Part shown: positions 1-9,010 of the stretch, in pieces
Layout of the letters: each line of letters opens with the position of its first letter
How positions within the stretch are numbered: position 1 is the first letter of the stretch
Origin: an uncultured Prochlorococcus sp.
GTDB lineage: Bacteria > Cyanobacteriota > Cyanobacteriia > PCC-6307 > Cyanobiaceae
Length of the DNA: 64,000 nt
NCBI GenBank assembly: GCA_902629395.1
Contig: CACOQT010000002.1
Location: 20,670 to 84,669, forward strand
Direction of reading: 5' to 3'
Made by a program: the position numbers and the translations under genes
The notes under the pieces: model-generated
Databases searched by the model: none
The model's input: the letters and a program-made list of their open reading frames with translations, nothing else
Told to the model about the DNA's origin: nothing

Positions 1-1455
1 AGATTGTTTTCCTAAATAACCGGACATTATTTGAGGTCCACGAGCAAGAACCAAGCCTTTTTGACGCAACTTTTTTATCTCGAATGTTTCTTGATCTACA
101 ATCTTAATTTCTGTCTGTGGTAGAGGTTGACCAGCACCTCCACGTATGTTTCTCCAAGGTCTTCTACATGTAAGTACTGGACTAGTCTCTGTTAAGCCAT
201 AGCCAACTAATAATTCAATACCCAAAGCTTCAAAGAAAGAATCAATATGTCGAGCAATTGCACCTCCACCACTAATGGGGAATCTTAATCGTCCTCCACA
301 AATCTTGGTTAAGATTTTTGGCCATAAGTAAATAGAAGAAATTTTATGAATTGGATAGCGTAAAATTATCTCTATAAAAGAGATAATCTGTTCAAAAATA
401 GAAACACTCTCAATAGTTATTAAATAAAGTTTTCTTCGTGCCATTTTATATGCCTTACTATTAGAGATCGCACTTTTTATAAGGGCCCTCCTCAGCCTTG
501 GCATTTTATCAACAGCGTCATCAAAGCCTAACTTTATTGACTCCCAAAGTCTTGGAACAGTCGCCATTACTATTGGCTTAACTCTTGGCAAATCTTCTTT
601 TAGATACCTTATTGTTGTATAAGTTTGAGTACAACCACAAGAAAAAAAATAATATTCCGCACTTCGTTCATATGAATGCCAAATTGGTAAAACACTTAAA
701 ATTGGTGACCCTGGAGTAGGGTTTGCCACGCATGAGAGTGACTTGATTTGATGTAGCAAATTAGAGTGTGTAAGTGGAACCCCTTTAGGTTTTCCTGTGG
801 TCCCGGAGGTGTATAAAATAGTTGCTATTCTTGTATGTTTCCTCTCAATAAGTTGCACCTGTTTACTTAAATTTTCTGCATTTGATCCTTTGTTCAAAAA
901 ACTCTCCCACTCAAAAATGCCTTCACAAGCTTTCCCCTCAAGTTGAAGAACAAATTTCAAATTATTTTTTTGATCATCATTAAGTGAAAGCCTCTTCCAG
1001 ACTTCGGGGTTTTGAACAATAAGACCAACTGCATTCGAATCCTCCAGGATATATCTCAACTCACTTGGTGGAGCAGTCGCTCCTCTAACTGAGTCAGTTG
1101 CACCTATTCGCATAAGAGCTTGATCAGCGACAAGCCACCTAGGACTGTTTTCGGCAAAAAGAGCTACTACATCGTCAGGTTTTACCCCCATCTGAAAAAA
1201 AGAAAATGCTGCCTTGGAGATATTTTCTGCAAGTTCTCTATAAGTAAAACTTTCTGGATTGAAACTATGCGGTGAATCAACCGCCAATATTTCGCCACAC
1301 TGATCTTTTAATAAATCCCAAATCTCATCAACTTGATCGATTTTCTCAAGATAAGATCTTTTTTTAATTGATCTTTCTTCTATTCTATTTGGAATCCAAT
1401 GGGCTAAAGCCTTTTTAGATGCAAATATATTTTTTTTTAAGTTAGCTTTTGTCAT
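1..1455 (-). CDS. fadD: Long-chain acyl-CoA/acyl-ACP synthetase (AMP-binding), 3' part runs off the window
   Basis: Not in the ORF track; read by hand from ATG at 1455 (MTKANLKKNIF...). Contains the AMP-binding motif ATILYTSGTTGKPKG (~780-830) and GYGLTETSP (~177-203). Confidence 0.9.
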   Translation of the reverse strand, partial: MTKANLKKNIFASKKALAHWIPNRIEERSIKKRSYLEKIDQVDEIWDLLKDQCGEILAVDSPHSFNPESFTYRELAENISKAAFSFFQMGVKPDDVVALFAENSPRWLVADQALMRIGATDSVRGATAPPSELRYILEDSNAVGLIVQNPEVWKRLSLNDDQKNNLKFVLQLEGKACEGIFEWESFLNKGSNAENLSKQVQLIERKHTRIATILYTSGTTGKPKGVPLTHSNLLHQIKSLSCVANPTPGSPILSVLPIWHSYERSAEYYFFSCGCTQTYTTIRYLKEDLPRVKPIVMATVPRLWESIKLGFDDAVDKMPRLRRALIKSAISNSKAYKMARRKLYLITIESVSIFEQIISFIEIILRYPIHKISSIYLWPKILTKICGGRLRFPISGGGAIARHIDSFFEALGIELLVGYGLTETSPVLTCRRPWRNIRGGAGQPLPQTEIKIVDQETFEIKKLRQKGLVLARGPQIMSGYLGKQS

Positions 1456-1496
1456 AGGGAAAATTTTTATTTGTTTAGAAAAACTTAAAGGTAAAT

Positions 1497-2219
1497 TTAT
1501 ATGTTTTCCCAGTTCAAATTAAAACGTCTTTTTACAGATTCTCTTAAAAGAGGTTTAACGTCACATACTTTGATGCCAGGTATCCAATCATTTAATTTAC
1601 CTATTTTCACTTGATCCAGGCCACAAGGAACTATCTTTTCAAAACCAATCAGATCACAATCTACATTTAGAGAAAAACCATGTTGAGTCACCCATCTCTT
1701 ACAACCAATCCCTATTGAACCAACTTTTTTGTCTTCACACCAAACTCCTGTTAGACCATCTATTCTCTCCCCCACTATCCCCAGTAAATTAAGAACATCA
1801 ATCAGGACTTGTTCCAGTTCTCTCAAATACCAAGATAAATCTTTTTTATGAAGACTTAAATTTAAAGCCAGGTATCCAACTATTTGCCCAGGCATGTGAT
1901 GAGTTACTTCACCTCCTCTATCAATGCAAAAGACAGGTAAAGAGGATTTATTTTCCTCGAATAACAAATTATTTTTATCGCTACCTCTTCCTATTGTGAA
2001 ACAAGAAAAATGTTCAAGAAGCCATACTGCTTGTGGTGAGAACGGTTCCTCAATAAGGCTTTTCTGAAAATTTTTCTGCCAACCTAACGAAGTCTCAAAT
2101 GGCACAATATTTTTAGGTTCAAAAAGAAAAGCGGAAGAAGATTGTGCAAGTTGAGGGGTTAGATATAAGTTGCTATTAGGCCCTGATTCAGGCGAAACAG
2201 AATGAAGCTTCTTATTCAT
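1497..2219 (-). CDS. lipB: Lipoyl(octanoyl) transferase LipB
   Basis: LLEH..FTIG, DRGGEVTHH.PGQ.VGY, KVGSIGIG, HGFSLN, IVPCGL motifs; start codon uncertain (the ATG overlaps hpf). Confidence 0.95.
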   Translation of the reverse strand: MNKKLHSVSPESGPNSNLYLTPQLAQSSSAFLFEPKNIVPFETSLGWQKNFQKSLIEEPFSPQAVWLLEHFSCFTIGRGSDKNNLLFEENKSSLPVFCIDRGGEVTHHMPGQIVGYLALNLSLHKKDLSWYLRELEQVLIDVLNLLGIVGERIDGLTGVWCEDKKVGSIGIGCKRWVTQHGFSLNVDCDLIGFEKIVPCGLDQVKIGKLNDWIPGIKVCDVKPLLRESVKRRFNLNWENI

Positions 2220-2786
2220 GGACGAAATCTTGAATTAACTCAATCACTGCGTGATTACACAAAAACAAAAATTGATAAAGCAACTCACAACTTCCTAGAG
2301 ATGGTGCAAGAAGCTGATGTCCACCTCTCAGTTGCCCGAAATCCTCGTGTGCCTCAACAGACAGCGGAGGTGACTGTTTTTGCAAACGGAACAGTGATAA
2401 GAGCTCAAGAAAGAAGTGAAAATCTTTATGCAAGCATTGATCTTGTTGCAAATAAACTTGCACGACAATTACGGAAATACAAAGAGCGACATAACAGTCA
2501 TAATGTTCATAATAATAAGTCAGCAAAATCAATACATAACGAAGGAACTCAAAATTTTTCATACTCGGATCATTCACTTATTGAAGGGAAAGAACCTCAT
2601 CTACCTAGCCCAGGAGTAAGACGTAAATATTTTGAAATGGAACCTATGACTATTGATCAAGCGAGAGTCCAATTAGACCTGATTGATCATGACTTCTATT
2701 TATTTAGAGAAGAAGAGGGATCGGCTTTACGAGTCATCTATAGAAGAAATCAAGGAGGGTATGGCGTAATCCAAGAAAAAATTTAG
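2202..2786 (+). CDS. hpf: Ribosome hibernation promoting factor (long HPF / LrtA)
   Basis: MKLLIHGRNLELT..LRDY, LYASIDLV..KL.RQLRKYK, C-terminal VRRKYF.MEPMTIDQA..QLDLIDHDFYLF and YRRN.GGYGVI. Confidence 0.95.
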   Translation: MKLLIHGRNLELTQSLRDYTKTKIDKATHNFLEMVQEADVHLSVARNPRVPQQTAEVTVFANGTVIRAQERSENLYASIDLVANKLARQLRKYKERHNSHNVHNNKSAKSIHNEGTQNFSYSDHSLIEGKEPHLPSPGVRRKYFEMEPMTIDQARVQLDLIDHDFYLFREEEGSALRVIYRRNQGGYGVIQEKI

Positions 2787-2797
2787 ATATTAGTAAT

Positions 2798-3481
2798 ATG
2801 AGCAAAAACACCCTTGAGGAAGCTCATGCAAATATATCTAATTTGATTTATCAAGCAGTCCTCAACCCACATTTTGATAGATCAATGATTACTCAGGTTT
2901 GTGATGCATCCAAGCAAAATGGCTTTGCTGGTTTATGCACAAACCTTGCTTATTTACCAATTGCTCGTGAAAGATTAGGTAGCAAAAGTAATACAAAATT
3001 AATCTCAGTAATAGCTTTTCCTTTCGGTTTTATCCCCACCTATAACAAACTAAAAGAAGCCGAGTATGCGATTGAAAAAGGTGCAGAGGCGTTAGATCTT
3101 GTTCCAAATTATTTTGCTTTGAAAGAAGGAAATATAGAACGATTTGCTGAGGAAATTAATCAAATAAGTGAACTAGGCATCCCAGTCAGAGTAATAATTG
3201 ATTCAAACATACTTTTTAACTTATCAAAACTTTCTATTGCAATAGATGCTTTAATCGATGCGGGAGCAATTGGAATACAGATAGGTAATGGTTTTGGTGC
3301 ACCTATCACAAAAGATCAAACTAATCATGTCTCTAAAATTGTTAAAAATCGCTGCTCAATAAAGACTGTAGGAGGTATTAAAACTTTTGATCAAGCAATA
3401 GAGTTGATTGCAGCAGGGTCTACATATATCGGGACAAGTTTTGGTTTTGAAATTGCCCAAGAACAAAAGAAAAGGGAGTAA
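2798..3481 (+). CDS. deoC: Deoxyribose-phosphate aldolase-like protein (catalytic Lys apparently substituted)
   Basis: SVIAFPFG, K..EAEYAIEKGAE.LD.V, IK..GGIKT..QA..LI.AG...IGTS; usual hpf-deoC-recO context. Confidence 0.85.
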   Translation: MSKNTLEEAHANISNLIYQAVLNPHFDRSMITQVCDASKQNGFAGLCTNLAYLPIARERLGSKSNTKLISVIAFPFGFIPTYNKLKEAEYAIEKGAEALDLVPNYFALKEGNIERFAEEINQISELGIPVRVIIDSNILFNLSKLSIAIDALIDAGAIGIQIGNGFGAPITKDQTNHVSKIVKNRCSIKTVGGIKTFDQAIELIAAGSTYIGTSFGFEIAQEQKKRE

Positions 3482-4290
3482 TGAGTAAATATCAAAGAAT
3501 GAAAGGATTGTCCTTAAAAGTTGGCCCCCTCGGCGAGAGTGACAGGCTTTTAACCATACTAAGTGAAGAAAATGGAATATCTCGTTTTGCCATTCCAGGA
3601 GCAAGAAAACCCAAAAGTAGGCTTGGAGCTACATCCCCCTTTAATTTTTTAGATTTACATATAGTCGGACAAAAAAATCTTAGACGAGTCACACAAATAA
3701 AGATTCTTAAAAGTTTTGGAAATCTTGGAAAAAACATCGAAACGCTCGCGGCGGCTCAAGCAATTTCAGAGCTCATTATGATAACTGTTGGAAATGATGA
3801 ACCTCAAAAAGATTTACTTAGAATAGTTTTAACCCATTTGAATAGATTAAATGACTTACATAAAAAAGAATTTGATTCAATAGAAGCTTTAGCAATAAGC
3901 GTTCAATCATGTATTCATGTATTGGCTATTGGAGGATATTGCTTACCACTTCAAAACTGTTGCATTTCAGCATCAAATCTGATACCACCTATTGGAGATT
4001 GGAGCTGGAGGTGCAGTTTTTTACCTGAGGAAGGATTCGCTATTGGAACAATCCACAACGCAAGAACGGAACTGAATCCATCTGAACTTGCTTTACTTCA
4101 AAGGTTATTACTTGAAAGATTGCCCTTTCAAAGTAATGGGAAATTACTAGGGCCTAAAGTAGTCTGGTTAAAGCTACTGAAAATTGTTGAAATTTGGATC
4201 GAAACTCATTTAGGAAAAAGGATTACATCCCTTCAAATGATTAGAGAAGTCATAATTAGTAATGATCTGAATACAAAAAAGGATGTTTAA
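3481..4290 (+). CDS. recO: DNA repair protein RecO
   Basis: GL.LK.GPLGESDRLLTILS.E.G..R.A.PGARKPKSRLG N-terminal OB-fold signature. Confidence 0.92.
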   Translation: MSKYQRMKGLSLKVGPLGESDRLLTILSEENGISRFAIPGARKPKSRLGATSPFNFLDLHIVGQKNLRRVTQIKILKSFGNLGKNIETLAAAQAISELIMITVGNDEPQKDLLRIVLTHLNRLNDLHKKEFDSIEALAISVQSCIHVLAIGGYCLPLQNCCISASNLIPPIGDWSWRCSFLPEEGFAIGTIHNARTELNPSELALLQRLLLERLPFQSNGKLLGPKVVWLKLLKIVEIWIETHLGKRITSLQMIREVIISNDLNTKKDV

Positions 4291-4402
4291 TTTGAAAAAT
4301 TTCTTAATCAAAAATTCTTATTTATAAATAATATAACTATTAATAATAGTTAACAATTAAAATAGGATAACTGCTAATTTGAGATACCGATTTTTTTAGA
4401 AT

Positions 4403-5677
4403 TTGACGCACATCGCCTGGCTAGGCAAAAAAACACCTTTTTGCGGAAATGTCTGTTATGGACTTAGCACGACAGAAAAACTCAGAGAGAGAGGACATCA
4501 AACAAGCTTTATTCACTTTGACAACCCAATGAGAGAAGGGAATAATAAAACTTCCCTGTTAGCGAATGACCCTGATGTAAGTCTTCCTTATTTGATTAAA
4601 TCTCAAGTTTATACAATCCCGTCTTTAAATGCTCAAAGAGAACTTAGAGAATCTCTCTCAAGACTTAAACCTGATTTAGTACATGCAAGTTTAACTCTTT
4701 CTCCTTTAGATTTTCGACTACCTGAACTTTGTCATCAACTAAATTTACCTTTAATCGCAACTTTTCATCCAGCGTTCGATTCAAAACTCAGAAATCTTAC
4801 GGCCAATACCCAGCAACTTACCTACCAACTTTATGCTCCTTCACTAGCCAAGTATGACAAAGTAATTGTCTTTTCCGATTCGCAAGCGGAAGTTCTCGCA
4901 AAACTGGGAGTAAAAGAAAGCCGACTTGAAGTAATACCTAATGGAATTGACATAAAGAAATGGAAACCCCTTGATAAAATTAACTCTCAACAGGAGCTTC
5001 ACCTTGAACTAAGAAAAAAGCTTGGATCTGAAAGAATATTTATTTACATGGGGAGGATTGCTTCAGAAAAAAATATTGAAGCTTTACTTCGTGCATGGAA
5101 ATTTGTCCAGCCAAAAGGATGTCGACTAGTAATAGTTGGTGATGGCCCACTAAGGCCAACTCTAGAAAATCATTCAATCTTCAATAAAGAGGATAATGTA
5201 GTTTGGTGGGGTTATGAAGCTGATCAAAATAAAAGAGTCGCTCTTCTACAAATCGCTGAAGTTTTTTTACTTCCAAGTCTTGTAGAGGGATTATCTATAG
5301 CATTGCTCGAAGCCATGGCAACTGGAACAGCATGCGTCGCGACAGATGCTGGAGCAGATGGAGAGGTACTTGAGAATGGAGCAGGAATCATCCTTAACAC
5401 TGAGGGGGTGACTTCTCAACTAAGGACGCTTTTACCGGTCCTGAGGGATCAACCAGTGCTAATCGACGAGTTAGGTAGACGTGCTCGAATGAGAGTAGAG
5501 GAAAAATATACACTCCAACAAAATATTGATTCGCTTGAGAATCTTTATGCAAGCCTACTTACATCAACGAACTCTAAATCTCTTCGGCCAATTGACGACT
5601 CTTCTGAGCTGCTAAGACAACCGCTTCAATTAAAGCGGATCTCAAACCAGCAAATTCGAGATGTCGAAGAGCACTGA
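4403..5677 (+). CDS. GT4-family glycosyltransferase
   Basis: VIPNGID, YMGRIASEKN, IVGDGPLR, FLLPSLVEGLSIALLEAMATG motifs; TTG start. Confidence 0.9.
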   Translation: MTHIAWLGKKTPFCGNVCYGLSTTEKLRERGHQTSFIHFDNPMREGNNKTSLLANDPDVSLPYLIKSQVYTIPSLNAQRELRESLSRLKPDLVHASLTLSPLDFRLPELCHQLNLPLIATFHPAFDSKLRNLTANTQQLTYQLYAPSLAKYDKVIVFSDSQAEVLAKLGVKESRLEVIPNGIDIKKWKPLDKINSQQELHLELRKKLGSERIFIYMGRIASEKNIEALLRAWKFVQPKGCRLVIVGDGPLRPTLENHSIFNKEDNVVWWGYEADQNKRVALLQIAEVFLLPSLVEGLSIALLEAMATGTACVATDAGADGEVLENGAGIILNTEGVTSQLRTLLPVLRDQPVLIDELGRRARMRVEEKYTLQQNIDSLENLYASLLTSTNSKSLRPIDDSSELLRQPLQLKRISNQQIRDVEEH

Positions 5678-6419
5678 TTGTAGTACCTGCAGGAGAGGCC
5701 ACCATATCTTTAAGCTCAGCAGGATGCAAATTCTTTTCGTTTAGCAAAGAGGCAGTTCCTAGTAAGGTTTTGTGAGCTAATTTATTCGACAAGTGTCGCG
5801 GTAATCCTGCAGCGACAGCACCGTCAGCCATTGCCTCAACTACTAAAGCTATATATGCAGGCCCTGAGGAGGTTAAAGCCAAAAAGGAATCAAGTTTTTG
5901 CTCCTCTAACTCGTAAATTTCACTGATTGGTTTAAAAATCTTCCTAACTACTTTTTTTTGTTCCAAAGTTATATCGTCTTCCCAAGCCAAGCCAGTTAGT
6001 CCAAGGCCGATCAGTGAAGGTGTATTTGGCACAGCTCTAACACATGTATGGCCAGGAAAAGATTTCTTCAGACTCGTCAATGTTATTCCAGCAAGAACTG
6101 AAATCAATAATGGTTTAGGGAACTCATCATTTGCTTGGAATGATGAGACAGATTCTTTGATTGATCTGAATTGTTGGGGTTTAACAGCAAGTAACTTTAC
6201 CGGAGCTTTCCATACTTCTGTAGACAAAGAATCTTTACTGGATAGGACTTTTACTTCCTTTGGAAGATCAGTCAATGCAGAAGAAATACTTGATTGACTA
6301 CCAACAATTCCTAAAACGTTTTGAGGATGGTATTCACCTCTCTCCAAAAGAGGTGCAACAATGGCTTTAGCCATATTGCCAAGGCCAATTATTCCTATAG
6401 ATATGTCCAATCTATTCAA
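5574..6419 (-). CDS. proC: Pyrroline-5-carboxylate reductase
   Basis: IGIIGLGNMA, LAVKPQ, ISVLAG, RAVPNTP, SSGPAY, L.DMVASPAGTT. Confidence 0.96.
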   Translation of the reverse strand: MNRLDISIGIIGLGNMAKAIVAPLLERGEYHPQNVLGIVGSQSSISSALTDLPKEVKVLSSKDSLSTEVWKAPVKLLAVKPQQFRSIKESVSSFQANDEFPKPLLISVLAGITLTSLKKSFPGHTCVRAVPNTPSLIGLGLTGLAWEDDITLEQKKVVRKIFKPISEIYELEEQKLDSFLALTSSGPAYIALVVEAMADGAVAAGLPRHLSNKLAHKTLLGTASLLNEKNLHPAELKDMVASPAGTTISALRHLEFAGLRSALIEAVVLAAQKSRQLAEEI

Positions 6420-6423
6420 TCAT

Positions 6424-6999
6424 TCAAAGAGCCGTCGCTACTGTCTCCCCCCAAGCAGGCTCTGGTGCAGGAGTAGTTTCCTTGGAATTTAAATCAGTAC
6501 CTTTATTGCTTATACTTGAAGGGGAAGGTTCCTCTTGAAAAGAATTAGTTACCGTTACACAAGAAGGTGCAAATAGAAAGATGCTTTCACCGACTCTTTC
6601 TTGATGCCCATCAATGGCAAATGTTCCACCTGCGACAAAATCAACTGCTCTTTGAGCTTGATCAGGTTCCATCATGGTGAGGTTTAAAATAACTGTTTTA
6701 CGCTCGCGCAATGCTTGTATAACTCTTGGCATTTCATCAAAGCTTCGAGGTTCCATTAAACTAACTTCAGAATCATTATTTGAGATCCCAGGCATTCCAA
6801 TAACGTTTGAAGAAGGGAAACCATTTTTCCCATCAAAAGGATTCGGCTTAGAGAGTGTTGCCATAGCTCCACTTCCATCTTTGTTTGCTCTATTAAAATT
6901 CTCAAAATCATCACTTGTTTCGTAATCGAGCTCATCAAAATCACTATCTAAAAAGTCATCGCCAGCGACGACAGCACGAAGACGGGAAATAAGCGACAC
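6424..6999 (-). CDS. sepF: Cell division protein SepF
   Basis: EPRSFDE...[40 protein letters not shown]; pipX-pipY-sepF-proC synteny. Confidence 0.95.
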   Translation of the reverse strand: MSLISRLRAVVAGDDFLDSDFDELDYETSDDFENFNRANKDGSGAMATLSKPNPFDGKNGFPSSNVIGMPGISNNDSEVSLMEPRSFDEMPRVIQALRERKTVILNLTMMEPDQAQRAVDFVAGGTFAIDGHQERVGESIFLFAPSCVTVTNSFQEEPSPSSISNKGTDLNSKETTPAPEPAWGETVATAL

Positions 7000-7155
7000 C
7001 AGTTAATCCTCTCGGGATGATTTGTTAAAAAGTTGGATAATCCAACTATTGATACATCTTCAACGACATGAAGTATGAACCATATACTTAAATAACGTTA
7101 CTTATCTTAAGGGGCAACCTTTTTTATTAGTTTTTTCATATCTTCAACAATTTAT

Positions 7156-7803
7156 CTAAGACTGACGATTGCCAAACAAAAGGAAACCCAATCGAATCCA
7201 GGTAGAACCAGCTTGAACAGCCTCCTGGTAATCGTTGCTCATCCCCATTGAGCAATCCTTTAAGCCCAAATGATTTGCAAAGTTTCTACATTCAAAAAAT
7301 AAATCATTTGTTTGCTGCGGATTAAGAGTTATTGGAGGAATTGTCATTAAACCCATCAAATTAATATTCTTCAAAGAAGTAATATTGGACCAATTACTCA
7401 TAAGATCTTGTTTTATAAATCCGCCCTTATTAGGGTCATCTTTGAGTTTGACCTGTAAAAATATTTTCGGTGTTTTATTCTCCTCTTGTGAAATTCTAGA
7501 AATTCGTTCAATCAAAGATAAAGAATCAACTGAATGAATGTAGTCAAATTCTCTAATAACCCCTCTTACCTTATTTTTCTGCAACCTCCCAACAAAATGC
7601 CATCGTAGCTGCTTAAGATCATGCAGATCGATTTTTTTTGAAATAGCTTCCTGCAAACGACTTTCTCCAAAATCCAATTGGCCATAACCAAAAATTTTTC
7701 GTATCGATTCATGAGAATGCCCTTTGCTAACAGCAAGCAAATTTACCCCTGGGGGTAACGAATCTTTAATTCTAGTGAATTCATTAGAGCCAATCAAAAT
7801 CAA
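7156..7803 (-). CDS. pipY: PLP homeostasis protein YggS/PipY
   Basis: LLAVSKG, FGESRLQE, WHFVGRLQKNK, IHSVDS, GLMTIPP, SMGMSNDY..A...GST.IRLG. Start set at the TTG just after the pipX stop (ORF track extends to 7845). Confidence 0.93.
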   Translation of the reverse strand: MILIGSNEFTRIKDSLPPGVNLLAVSKGHSHESIRKIFGYGQLDFGESRLQEAISKKIDLHDLKQLRWHFVGRLQKNKVRGVIREFDYIHSVDSLSLIERISRISQEENKTPKIFLQVKLKDDPNKGGFIKQDLMSNWSNITSLKNINLMGLMTIPPITLNPQQTNDLFFECRNFANHLGLKDCSMGMSNDYQEAVQAGSTWIRLGFLLFGNRQS

Positions 7804-7804
7804 A

Positions 7805-8071
7805 TCACAAAAAAGTTTGATTAAATAATTTTTGCCAAACGTCAATATCTAAGGATTTTTCTCTCTTACATTTAGAAACATGCATTTCTGAATAATGTCG
7901 TGCATCCATGTATGGAATAACTTCAAAAGTTGCTCCCCGTGGTTGTAGGGTGACTAAAAAAAATATCTTTTGTGCATACAAAGTTGCATAGACGTCTCTA
8001 CCATTGGTCGCTGGTGACACTAGATATAGCATTCCAAAAGTTGGATGATTAAGATAGCGTTCAGCGTTCAA
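7805..8071 (-). CDS. pipX: PII-interacting protein X
   Basis: ERYLNHPTFGMLY.V.P....RD.YATLYAQ..FFLV signature. Confidence 0.96.
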   Translation of the reverse strand: MNAERYLNHPTFGMLYLVSPATNGRDVYATLYAQKIFFLVTLQPRGATFEVIPYMDARHYSEMHVSKCKREKSLDIDVWQKLFNQTFL

Positions 8072-8086
8072 ATCTTAATTTTTTAG

Positions 8087-9001
8087 TTAAGATGTACCAT
8101 ACATACAACGTAAGACAATCGCTATCAAAAGCAGAATAATTGAAGTTAAATTAATCCACAAATATTTAGTATTAAGAATAATTTCAGATCGTAGTTGTTC
8201 TGAAGATAGCCAAAGTCCCTCTCTTGTCATTAAAGAATCAGCTCCCTGTTCTGCCCTGAGCAAAATATTTGACAAAAGTCTTTCCCCAATTGTTATTAAC
8301 AAATTCAATGAACTTTTAATTCCCAATTTTCTAAAATCAACTGCCCTTACGCCAATTGAGCGAAAGAGATTTTGTAGTTCCTCTTGAACAAGAGGTAAAA
8401 ATCGTAATGCCAAAAGTAGTTGAAATGATAATTTTTCCAACGGAAGTCCAAATAAAGCTAAAGGTGCAAAAAACCATCTTATTGCCCACACAAGATCTTC
8501 AGGAGGTGTTGTAATTAGCATTAAATTCACACTGTGAATAACAGTAAAAAGCAAGGTAGAAGTTTTAACACCTAATTCTGCAGATCGACGATCGACAATT
8601 AATGGTCCTAAAGAGATCCCCCCAAGGTCGATTGGCCCCAACCTGAAAATCTCCCATGATCGAGTTAATACAATTGCTCCTGGTATTTCATCAGGTGCTC
8701 TTATCGGCAATTCAAAGGATAATTGACTGGCAGGTAACACAATCGATAATGATCCAATAACTAAAGAGAAAGTTATTAAAAAAACTAATGATCGCCACCA
8801 AATACGTGAAGGAAGAAAACTAAAGAATGTAAGTAATAGAAGAAAAAAAGCTGTTGAGATTCTCCATATTGAATTAGCTAAGATCGGAGTCAACAAAAAG
8901 AATAAAATCCAAGAGAGTTTAATGCGGGGGTCAATACCACGAAGCCAGCCAGATTTGCCCGAGACATATTGACCAATTGGAATTTTTTTTAGCCAATCCA
9001 T
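8087..9001 (-). CDS. ECF transporter transmembrane component (CbiQ/EcfT family; ycf92-like)
   Basis: P.GQYV...S.L..IDPRIKL, LM..T.PE.L, LALRFLPLVQEE.QNL.RS...R; multiple hydrophobic segments. Confidence 0.85.
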   Translation of the reverse strand: MDWLKKIPIGQYVSGKSGWLRGIDPRIKLSWILFFLLTPILANSIWRISTAFFLLLLTFFSFLPSRIWWRSLVFLITFSLVIGSLSIVLPASQLSFELPIRAPDEIPGAIVLTRSWEIFRLGPIDLGGISLGPLIVDRRSAELGVKTSTLLFTVIHSVNLMLITTPPEDLVWAIRWFFAPLALFGLPLEKLSFQLLLALRFLPLVQEELQNLFRSIGVRAVDFRKLGIKSSLNLLITIGERLLSNILLRAEQGADSLMTREGLWLSSEQLRSEIILNTKYLWINLTSIILLLIAIVLRCMYGTS

Positions 9002-9010
9002 AAATAATTA

